24,817 nucleotides of DNA, taken from positions 1 to 24,817 of the IMG/VR virus record IMGVR_UViG_3300020042_002391. One strand, given 5' to 3'. This document shows positions 6,909-16,100 of the stretch, piece after piece. This stretch comes from a virus. Taxonomy: Duplodnaviria > Caudoviricetes. The notes beneath the pieces are model-generated. The model made no database searches and was not told where the DNA came from. It saw only the letters and a list, made by a program, of their open reading frames with translations. Position numbers and translations under genes: made by a program. How positions within the stretch are numbered: position 1 is the stretch's first letter; each line of letters begins with the position of its first letter.

Positions 6909-9710
6909 ATGCCTATTATGATAGGTTTGGCAATTGGCGCTGCTATGGGTGGCGGTATTGCTGCGTTGCGCGGTGGTAAAACAGACGACATACTTAAAGG
7001 CGCTTTAATAGGTGGTGCTACTGGTGCTGCTGGCGCAGGTATAGCTCCTTTGCTTAGTGGTGGTGCTGGTGCTGTTGGCGCTAGTGGTGCTAATGTTGCT
7101 CCCGCAGTAGCTAATTTATATGTTGAAGGTGCTGGAACTGCTGCTGCTAGTGCTGCCACCGCTTCTCCTACAGCTAGTTCAATTGCTAATCCGGGTTTTT
7201 TTGGCTCAGGTATTGGTAAATTTATTTCTGAAAACAAAATGCCTTTAGGTCTTGGTGCGGCTGGTTTGTTAATGGCTAATAAAGGCAATAATCAGAGTAG
7301 CCAACCTGAATCAGATTCGTACATCCGCCCATATGAGTTTAGTCAAGTTGAAAACCCTGACTACCAAGGAGCAGGGACGCCTTATTTTAATCAAGCATAT
7401 AAGGCTAAAACACCAATTAAAGCAAGTGATTTTGGAGCCACTACCGTTGCTAATGGCGGCGTTATCCGTATGGCTGAAGGTGGCGACGTAGGAATTGGTC
7501 AGTTTGAGCAAGACCAATTTAATAGACCTCAAGCAATGTCGCCACAAAACAATCCTACGCTTGAAGCTTTAGCATCTATTCAACAAGCACAGCAATCTTA
7601 TCAACCGCCCGCTGTATCGCAAGGCATTACACAACCGCTTATTCAGCCACAAATGGCTCAGGTTCAGCAGCGTTATGCCACTCCACAAAGAGCCGTACCT
7701 GCTGATTTCCAGTATCAAGCACCACAGTTTGTTTCATACGGGATTGGCGGCGGCGGTGGTAGTGGTGGTGGTTATGGTAGTTTGGTTGACCCAACAACAG
7801 GCAAACTCCCGACAACAGGCAGACCAATTAGTGGTGTTATGCCTGTAACGGGTACGAAAGATAAGCCATTTATGCCGACGGTAAACTTACCATATATGGC
7901 AGGTGCTACGGCTCCTTACAGCCCAGAAACTCCTACAAGCATTATCCCATCTACAGGCGAATTTAGAGCGCCTGTGCCTGAAACATCTTTAAATCCTGCT
8001 GGCGTAGTTGGGTATGATCATAACCCGCTTAAATCAGAAAACATTGGTCAAGCAGTGCTTCATCGCGGTACATCAGCGGGTGAAAGTGATGCCTATACAG
8101 TTCCAGTATCTCCTTATGCAAACACTGGATACGGCGGTATTGGTAGCGAATCAGGGGGAAATTATTCTAGTGGTTTAGGTTATTCAGGCGTTGAGCTTGA
8201 TCCCGGCTATAACAATTTAAAAGTTCCTACTTCTTCAGAAAACTTGGCTAATATTTATCAAGAAATGTTAGGTCGTGCGCCCGATGCATCTGGGATTGAA
8301 AGCTTTTCTAACATGGCTCCTGACCAAGTGATTAGTGCAATTATTGCATCACCTGAATATCAAGCTACAAATGGTCCTCCTCCTGAACCAACGTATTATT
8401 ATGGCGGTCAGGAAATGTATACACCCGAGTATGCACAAGTACGCCCAGATGATTATTATGATCCTAACCAAGGTTTTGGTGGTGGTGAGGCTGATGGCGG
8501 TTTAATAGCTGATAAACATCCTAGGTATGCAATGGGGGGGGGTATTGGTGGTTATTACCCTGAACCTGATGACAGCAATCATAACTTTGGTGGCATTGGT
8601 GCTTTAAACCAAGGTCCACAATACCCAATGCAAGGTATTGGCTACCGTGATGGTGGCATTATTGCGTTTAAAGATAGAGGTAAAGTTCCTGAACGTGACA
8701 ACAATGATGCGCCCACAGTTAGGGAGTTATTAGAAATATTGGGTAGTGACCGTGATAAATACGAGCGTTTAGCTAGGGGTGAAGAATATAACCGTAAGGA
8801 TTATTCCGCCAACGAAATACAAGCCGCAAAATTGTTGCACACTGCTAACAAAACGGAAAACCCTGAACGATACCTTGAGTCACTTAATCCGTTTCATGAC
8901 AACCAGCTTAATTATGCGTTAGCAAATACCAACCTCAAAGGATTTGTTAACCGAGATCAACCCAATACCACAATTATGCGGCGTATGGACGCTAGCACAT
9001 TGCCGCATGAATTAACTCATTCATTGCAGTTGCATGATGAAAATCGTGGCAATAAAATTAGTAGGGAGCTTTACCCTTATGTTTCAAATTTAAATAGTGA
9101 AACTCAAGATAAAATATTTGGTAAAGCCGATAATCGGTTTGCCAATCCAAAAGAAGTTTATGCAAATTTAAACGCCTACGCATTGCTTCAAAACGCCGCA
9201 GGTGGAGATTTTGTAAATTCACCTGAAGGTCGTGCATTATTGCCTGATAGAAAATCGCAAGGTCAGTATTATGCAAACACAATGCCCGGCGTTCAAAGCA
9301 TCTACGGTTATCGGGAAGACTCAAAGATTCCAGAAGACAAGTTTAAACGTGACTCTCGTGATTCCTACGCAACGCAACTTGCTAAATACGCAAAACACAA
9401 AACTAAAGATTACGCAATGGGTGGTCAGTTAGGCGGTTATTCTGATGGTGGGCAACTACTAAGAGGACCCGGCGATGGAGTCAGCGATGATATTCCTGCT
9501 CAAATTGGTAACCGCCAGCCTGCTCGTCTTGCTGATGGTGAGTTTGTCGTTCCTGCTAGGATTGTTTCTGAACTGGGAAATGGGTCTACAGATGCCGGTG
9601 CTAAAAGACTGTATGCCATGATGGATCGCATTCAAAAGAACAGAGGCAAGACTGTTGGCAAAGACAAGGTAGCCATTAACTCTAGGTCAGATAAATACTT
9701 ACCCGCATGA
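6909..9710 (+). CDS. Modular internal virion / ejection-type protein with glycine zipper, DUF4214-like segment, HExxH zincin-like module and conserved C-terminal GPGDGxSDxIPA domain
   Basis: N-terminal Gly/Ala hydrophobic zipper; IYQEMLGRAPDASG...IIASPEY (about 8241-8360); HELTH at 9006-9020 with downstream EVYA; C-terminal GPGDGVSDDIPA...RLADGEFVVPA; repeated xAxGG motifs. Confidence 0.65.
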   Translation: MPIMIGLAIGAAMGGGIAALRGGKTDDILKGALIGGATGAAGAGIAPLLSGGAGAVGASGANVAPAVANLYVEGAGTAAASAATASPTASSIANPGFFGSGIGKFISENKMPLGLGAAGLLMANKGNNQSSQPESDSYIRPYEFSQVENPDYQGAGTPYFNQAYKAKTPIKASDFGATTVANGGVIRMAEGGDVGIGQFEQDQFNRPQAMSPQNNPTLEALASIQQAQQSYQPPAVSQGITQPLIQPQMAQVQQRYATPQRAVPADFQYQAPQFVSYGIGGGGGSGGGYGSLVDPTTGKLPTTGRPISGVMPVTGTKDKPFMPTVNLPYMAGATAPYSPETPTSIIPSTGEFRAPVPETSLNPAGVVGYDHNPLKSENIGQAVLHRGTSAGESDAYTVPVSPYANTGYGGIGSESGGNYSSGLGYSGVELDPGYNNLKVPTSSENLANIYQEMLGRAPDASGIESFSNMAPDQVISAIIASPEYQATNGPPPEPTYYYGGQEMYTPEYAQVRPDDYYDPNQGFGGGEADGGLIADKHPRYAMGGGIGGYYPEPDDSNHNFGGIGALNQGPQYPMQGIGYRDGGIIAFKDRGKVPERDNNDAPTVRELLEILGSDRDKYERLARGEEYNRKDYSANEIQAAKLLHTANKTENPERYLESLNPFHDNQLNYALANTNLKGFVNRDQPNTTIMRRMDASTLPHELTHSLQLHDENRGNKISRELYPYVSNLNSETQDKIFGKADNRFANPKEVYANLNAYALLQNAAGGDFVNSPEGRALLPDRKSQGQYYANTMPGVQSIYGYREDSKIPEDKFKRDSRDSYATQLAKYAKHKTKDYAMGGQLGGYSDGGQLLRGPGDGVSDDIPAQIGNRQPARLADGEFVVPARIVSELGNGSTDAGAKRLYAMMDRIQKNRGKTVGKDKVAINSRSDKYLPA

Positions 9711-10117
9711 ACGTACAGCATGTTCCAATTCAGTATGTGAATCAAACGTGGGATGCTGTTTCGGGGTTTTTAAAAGCGGCAATTGAGCAGCAAACGGGCG
9801 ATAAAGATTACACGCTAGACCAAGTTCAGGCTTATGTAACTGGTGGTCAGTGGATTCTGTTAGTTGCAGTAGAAGATGACAAGATTATTGGTGCAGCAAC
9901 GGTCAATTTGTTTAATCGACCAAACCATCGTGTAGCGTTTATTACTTACATTGGTGGCAAGTTAATTGTTAGCAAAGACTCGTTTAAACAGATGTGCCAA
10001 GTTTTACAAGGCTTTGGGGCTACGTCTATAGAAGGTGCGGTTAATGACGCTGTTGCTAGATTATGGCAACGCTTTGGGTTCGTTGAAAAATACAAAATTG
10101 TTGAGGTTGCGCTATGA
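9707..10117 (+). CDS. GNAT-like acetyltransferase-fold protein (positional analogue of P22 gp14 / T7 gp13)
   Basis: 136 aa with WILLVAVEDDKIIGAATV, AFITYIGG and C-terminal ARLWQRFGF, a GNAT-like pattern. Coupled directly upstream of an ejection protein. Confidence 0.65.
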   Translation: MNVQHVPIQYVNQTWDAVSGFLKAAIEQQTGDKDYTLDQVQAYVTGGQWILLVAVEDDKIIGAATVNLFNRPNHRVAFITYIGGKLIVSKDSFKQMCQVLQGFGATSIEGAVNDAVARLWQRFGFVEKYKIVEVAL

Positions 10118-11295
10118 GATATAATTATTTTGACATGTTACCCGAACGGGCTTTTTTAAAAGTCGGTGGCAAGATTATGCCTCAAGGTGGAGGAAGTAGC
10201 GCACCCACTTCAACTACGGTTCAAAATACTTCTATACCTGAATACGCAAAGCCTTATGTAGAAAGCACATTAGGTAAAGCCGCTGCGGTTACTGATCTTA
10301 CTAACAATCCGTATCAGCCGTATAAAGGGCAGCAAATTGCACAATTTACCCCAATGCAAAACCAAGCGTTTCAAAACGTGGGTAGCCAACAACTAGCGCC
10401 TCAGATAGCTGATGCATCAAACATTGCATATCAAACAGGTCAATACGGTCTAGGGACACAAGGCACAGCAGCACAACTTCAAAACGCATCATTAGGCTAT
10501 GGAGCAATGGCAGCGGGTGCAGGGGATCGTTACGCACAGCAAGCAACTAATCCATACGCCTCACAAGCGTACATGAACCCGTATTTGCAAGCTTCGCTTC
10601 AGCCTGCGTTACAAGAAGTGCAGCGTCAGTATGACATTACCGGCACTCAGCAGATGGGCAATGCTTCGCGCTCAGGTGCGTTTGGTGGGAGCCGTGAAGC
10701 GTTGATGGCAGCAGAGAATCAACGTAACAAAAACCTTGCCATGAACCAGATGATTGGACAGGGATACAGCACGGCTTTTGATAAAGCTAATCAAGCACAA
10801 CAGTTTGGCGCTACCCTTGGACTTCAGGGCTTGCAGGGTGGACAACAGGGCGTTCAAGGTGCTGTAGGTGCAGGTCAGTACGGGTTGCAAGGCTTAGGTC
10901 AAGCAGGAGCTTCTGCCAGCACTCTTGGTCAGTTAGGGCAGACTCAGTTTGGTCAAGAACAAGCGGCAAACCAAGCTATGGTGTCAGCAGGAACCCAGCA
11001 ACAAGCCTTGCAACAAAAAGGGCTAGACGCTGCTTACCAGCAATATCAAGCACAGTTAAACTATCCGTATCAACAACTTGGCTTTATGTCCGACTTGTTG
11101 CGTGGTCTGCCATTGACTCAACAGTCTCAATCTATGTACCAGAACCCAAGCATGGTGTCTCAAGCTGCCGGTATTGGTACGGCGGGTATGGGTCTTTATG
11201 GCATGAATAAAATGATGAATAGTGCAAAAGGCGGTCAGATTAAAGAAAGTGACGGGCTAGACACACTTGGCATTTACAATGCTATGAAAGGATAA
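10114..11295 (+). CDS. DNA ejection / pilot protein (P22 gp7-like position)
   Basis: Q/G/A-rich helical protein with GGG after a ~24-aa N-terminal extension, IPEYAKPY, YMNPY, GAFGGSR and a C-terminal Gly-rich hydrophobic helix. Confidence 0.7.
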   Translation: MRYNYFDMLPERAFLKVGGKIMPQGGGSSAPTSTTVQNTSIPEYAKPYVESTLGKAAAVTDLTNNPYQPYKGQQIAQFTPMQNQAFQNVGSQQLAPQIADASNIAYQTGQYGLGTQGTAAQLQNASLGYGAMAAGAGDRYAQQATNPYASQAYMNPYLQASLQPALQEVQRQYDITGTQQMGNASRSGAFGGSREALMAAENQRNKNLAMNQMIGQGYSTAFDKANQAQQFGATLGLQGLQGGQQGVQGAVGAGQYGLQGLGQAGASASTLGQLGQTQFGQEQAANQAMVSAGTQQQALQQKGLDAAYQQYQAQLNYPYQQLGFMSDLLRGLPLTQQSQSMYQNPSMVSQAAGIGTAGMGLYGMNKMMNSAKGGQIKESDGLDTLGIYNAMKG

Positions 11296-11298
11296 AAA

Positions 11299-13098
11299 AT
11301 GAGCATCCAACAAAACATGGCGTCAGATATTTATAGAATGGCTGATAGTGTCCATAGATCAAGAGATATTGCAGCTTTTCAACAATCGTTAGCCCAATCT
11401 ATTAAAAGTGGCGCTGTTGAGTCTTATGTTGGTATTCCTGTACTTCAGTCTCTTACTCAAAAATTAAAACTTGCCCAGCAAAAAGAAGCTATGGCTATGG
11501 CTGCGCCACAGGATCAGCAACAACAAGGAGTACCCCTTGCTGCACAAGTTATGCAGGATGCTGGACAAACAGACGAAGACGAACAAAGATATGCCGGTAT
11601 AGATGAGCTACGTACAAACTTGCCTACCGAAGACGACGATGATAATGAATATGCCAACGGTGGAATTATTGCGTTTAGTGGTAAAAATAACGACCAAGTT
11701 GTAGATTCTAATTCTGATCCATTGGTAGAGCGGTTGCGAGAGGATGACCCAAAAAGTTATGAACGTTTTATGAGCGGGAATACTATATCTCCAGAGTTTG
11801 GTGGGTTTGACGCAAATCCTAAAACTGTTTTTGAACGTAACTCGCCAGAATACGATCCTGTACCAACAACACCGGCTGGTCGTTTTATTGCTAATCAAGC
11901 TACTGACATTAAAAGCGGCATAGCAAATTATGATCTTCGCCAAAGATTGTATGAACAATACAGTAAATCAGCCGACCCTTTTTCAAGCGTGTCAAACCCT
12001 GAAAGAGAAGCTGGGCGCGATATGCTCAGTCGTATTAAAGACATGTCCCCCGCAGAATTACGTGCATTAGACCGACAGGGCAACGTTTCTGCATCGGCTA
12101 CTGTTTCTACTGTACCAAGCGCCCCACCACCTCAAGAATTATCAACATTTAATCCGCCAAATGATGCAGGAGTAGGAGTAGCAGGACTTCCAGCCGCACA
12201 AAATGTTCAGATTGCGCCAGCTAAACAAGGTGCTGGTACTGCCGCTCCTGCTGGTGGTGAAAGACTTACGCCAAGAGTTGGGCTTGAAAATGCCCCACCT
12301 ACTTTAGCTCAAGCGGAAGCCGTTGCTGGTAAATCTCCCGCCGCTGCAAAAGCTATTAGCGCAGCAGATGAATACATAGCTATGCTTAAAAAGAGTGGCG
12401 AAAGTGTTGGACGTGAAAAGAAAGAAGCTTTCTACATGGCACTTATTAGTGGTGGTCTAGCAGCCGCTGGTGGTACATCGCCTAATGCTTTGGCTAATAT
12501 CGCTGCGGGTATGGTTCCTGCTACTCAACAGTACCAAAAAGTTATTGCTGGTATTCGTAAAGATGATCGTGAGCGTCTTGAGAAACTTATGAGCGCGGGT
12601 CTTAAGAAAGATGAATTTGCACTTAAAGCTGAAGAGATTGGTATTAACCGTCAGAAAGCTAAAGATTGGTTTGAAGTAATGACGGAGCGTAATAATGTTA
12701 TGCGTTCTCGTGGTGGTGACAGCGATTTAAAATTACAGGCCGAAGTAAGAAAAACTGAACAAATGTATGGTGGGTTAATTGGTAAAGAACAAACCGGATT
12801 TGATAACTACCTTAAAGCAAATCAAATATATGATAGGATCGACCCAACTAATGTGCCTCCCAGTTTGAAAAAAGGTTATGACAATTACGCTAGAAAAGTT
12901 GAAGGCTATCAAAATAGAATTGATAATTTACACCAACAAAAAAATAAACGTATTGAAAGAGTAACGGGCGAAACATATAGTGAAGAGCCAAGTAGCAGTG
13001 GGAAAGTCCCAACTATTGCAAATCAAACAGAATATGATAAATTACCGAAAGGCACACAATATAAAGACCCTAATGGCGTACTACGTACAAAAGGTTAA
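11299..13098 (+). CDS. Internal virion / ejection protein
   Basis: 599 aa with YANGGIIAF, a Pro/Ala linker, a hydrophobic Gly-rich segment (ALISGGLAAAGGTSPNALANIAAG), a coiled coil and C-terminal EYDKLPKGTQYKDPNG. AAGGA SD upstream; lies between two other putative ejection genes. Confidence 0.65.
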   Translation: MSIQQNMASDIYRMADSVHRSRDIAAFQQSLAQSIKSGAVESYVGIPVLQSLTQKLKLAQQKEAMAMAAPQDQQQQGVPLAAQVMQDAGQTDEDEQRYAGIDELRTNLPTEDDDDNEYANGGIIAFSGKNNDQVVDSNSDPLVERLREDDPKSYERFMSGNTISPEFGGFDANPKTVFERNSPEYDPVPTTPAGRFIANQATDIKSGIANYDLRQRLYEQYSKSADPFSSVSNPEREAGRDMLSRIKDMSPAELRALDRQGNVSASATVSTVPSAPPPQELSTFNPPNDAGVGVAGLPAAQNVQIAPAKQGAGTAAPAGGERLTPRVGLENAPPTLAQAEAVAGKSPAAAKAISAADEYIAMLKKSGESVGREKKEAFYMALISGGLAAAGGTSPNALANIAAGMVPATQQYQKVIAGIRKDDRERLEKLMSAGLKKDEFALKAEEIGINRQKAKDWFEVMTERNNVMRSRGGDSDLKLQAEVRKTEQMYGGLIGKEQTGFDNYLKANQIYDRIDPTNVPPSLKKGYDNYARKVEGYQNRIDNLHQQKNKRIERVTGETYSEEPSSSGKVPTIANQTEYDKLPKGTQYKDPNGVLRTKG

Positions 13099-13103
13099 CC
13101 ATA

Positions 13104-16100
13104 ATGGCGAATTTCTGGGACAACGATCCTGAAGTTACAGGTGGTAAAAATACGTCTAATTTCTGGGCAAACGATTCGGTTGTAGCAGAAGAGAAACCAA
13201 AAAAAGGTCAACAACGCGCCGCTGCAGACGCGCCTGATTTTTCTCGTGGTATGGGTAACATCCCCGGTGGCATCCAAAATATATATGGTGCGGCTAAAAC
13301 TGTAGCAGGCGTTGGTGCTAAAAAGTTAGGCTTTGAAGATACTGGCACAAGTTTGATCAAGAGTGGTCTTGAGTCAATGGAAGCTGGTGAGTCTAAACAA
13401 CTCGTAAAAGAAAGTGACGAGTTTACCAACGCTTGGGAAAAAGGTATTGGTACAGTCATTACTGATTGGTTGCCATATCAGATGGGCGCAGGAGTTGGTA
13501 ACTTAATTGAGACCCTTGGTGCAATGGGTATTGGTGCGGTGGCTGGTGCTGGTGTTGGCTCTTTACCCACTGCTGTTGCTGCAGGTCTTGGTAAAACATT
13601 ACTTAAAACAACCGTAAAAGAAACAGCAGAAAAAATATTAAAAGACCAAGGTGAAGAAGAAGCACAAAAGTATGTTGCTAGAGAAGCCAAGAAAGCCCTT
13701 ATTTCTATGGGCGCAACCGCTGGTCTAGGTGGACAAGCCGCGCTTCATGGTGTTGGTGAAGTGGGCGGTCGGGCAATTGAAGAAGCTCAAGAACGTGGCG
13801 GGTCGGCTGAAGATATTAATCTTGATAAAGTACTACCGATGGCTGGTGTTCATGCCGTTGCTGATTTTATATCTAACAAGATTTTATTAAATGCAACCAA
13901 ACCTATTAAACCCGCCGATAAAAAAGTATTGGATTCATTAACGCTTGAGATAGGTAAACGTGTTTTTATTACTGGCGCTAAAGAGTCTGTACCAGAAACT
14001 GTTCAATCAGTTGCCGAGCGTTTTGGCGCTGAGCTATCTCTATCCGATGCAGGAGCTATCAAAGAGTACATTAATACCATAGCTGCATCGTTTGGTATGT
14101 CTGTTATCCCCGGCGGTATTGGTGCTGTACGTTCTAAATTAGCTGCGTCTGTGCCTGAAGATAAAACAAAAACACAAGAAGACGCGCTGATTAAAGCTGG
14201 TGAGCAACCTGTTGGCGAGACCACAACCGAAGCTGGTACAGAAACTGAATTGCCACCGTTTAGTCCGGTGTTAGTTAACGGTATTGTATTTAATTCACAA
14301 GCTGACTTAGATGCATACAACCAAAACCCTGCTGCGCCAGTAGGAGCGACCTCAACGTCTGAAGAAACACTTGCTGCTGAAATAGCAACAATGGAAGCTA
14401 AATATTCCAGTCGTGAAGAAGACATTAAAAACAAAAAGGGCGGTAACAAAGCGGTTAAAAATAGAATTAACTCTAACGCAATTTTAAAAAAAGAAATAGA
14501 CGCTAAGAAAGCAGAGCTTGCTGCCGCAACTGCAACTGTTACAACCCCTGCGCCTAGTGCGGATGTTGACGGTACTAACTTAACGCCCGGCGCTAACGGG
14601 CAAGTAACACCCCCTGCTGCTCCAGTGCCTCCTGTTGTTGAGACCCCTGCTGAAACTCCTGCAAGAGAATACACTGCTCCAGAACAAGCTGCTGTTGATT
14701 TAGTTAAAGCTGTTGATGCTGGTGGTGTACCAACCGATACTCGCAAAATAAACAAAATTGCAAGAGACCTTGGGTTAGAAGTTTCTACTAAAGCTAGACC
14801 AGAAGATACGTTAAATCGTATCAAAGATGCTGTTGGGCGTATTGATACTACACAGGTTGAAACTTCTGCTGCACCTGTAGCTACCGAAGTAGTTAAAGAA
14901 ACTCCGCCGCAACAACAAGCCCCGTTGCCTACAGCGCGGGAAGCTACGCCCGAAGAACAAAAAGCTATTGATCACATTGATGGTATTGATAACTTAGGCA
15001 AATCATTTTCGCCCGCGCAGGCAAAGAAAGTTGCTCAAGCAGTGGGAATTCAAATACCTAAAGGAACTAAAGAGAAGCCAGTTACATTACAAGACATTAA
15101 TCAAATCATACGTAATTATGTTGGTAACTTAGAAGGCGTGTTGGCTGGGCGCATTCGTCAGATTGCGCCTAATGTGTTTGAAGGCACTTTTACCACTAAC
15201 ACTAAAAAAGTAAAAGATCGTGTATCTTCAAAATTACCAACAGAAGAGCCTGAAGGTAACCGTGTTGCAACGCCTGAAACAGAAAAAGAAACGCCTCCGC
15301 TTGCGGGCGCTAAGTTAGATGAAGCTATTAAAGCTGCTAATGCTGCTAATAAAACCCGTACTGTTACTACAGAAGGTAATGTTACGACTGTAACGTCTAA
15401 ATTAAAGAAAGCTATTAGTTTTATTGTTGCTGCACCGTTAAAATTTGTTAAAGGCTACAAACCAACTAAGACTCCTTCGGCTGAGAATTTTTTAAATCAA
15501 ACTAGCTATTATGGAGAAGGTGCGCCCAGTGATATAAATCAAGCCATAACTATGGCTGCGCATGATATGGCTGCGGATGCAATAGATTCTTTGGATGATA
15601 AAAAAGGATTAACGCCAGCATTACGTGCTATTGCAGGAAAAGGTGTACCAATCAATCGCCCTGATCAACTTATGTCAATGGACAAGTTGGTTGAGCTTTA
15701 TAAAAAATTTGTAAATAAAAGAAATGGTTTTGCAAATGTTGGTGGTGACGGACGTACTAAAGCCGCAGCTAACCGTCAAGCTTTTATAGAGTCGTTAGCC
15801 CCTGAGCAACGTGCTAAGTACGATGCTGTTTATGAAAAAGCTTTTGTTCAAGCTATTAAAGACGATATTTATGTAAGGGACACAACTGAGTCTGACAAAC
15901 GTAAAGGGATAGTAGCAGCAACTAAAGAAGCACAGTTAGCAAGGCGTCGCGCTAAATACAAAGAACGTTTGATTGCTGACATGCAAGAGCAAGTTGAAGA
16001 GGCTAAAGAAACTGATCAAGAAAGAGATGAAAAGACAACAAAAGCTTTTGAAGAAGCTGAACAAGCAGCTCTTGAAGCCCGTGAAAAACCATTATTAGAT

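Noticed and set aside
6418-7202. Repeated taatccgggttttt at about 6418 and 7187
   Set aside because: There are only two short copies, both encoding NPGF in unrelated genes, which is compatible with chance.
10152-10161. Slippery heptamers T TTT TTA / T TTA AAA near the start of the 393-aa gene
   Set aside because: The -1 frame stops after about 13 codons, no stimulatory structure is evident, and such runs are common in AT-rich DNA.
14003-14824. 273-aa antisense ORF inside the giant gene
   Set aside because: It lies wholly opposite a long coding frame, and its A/S/V/G-rich composition is what the reverse complement of biased codons produces. No motif or RBS supports it.
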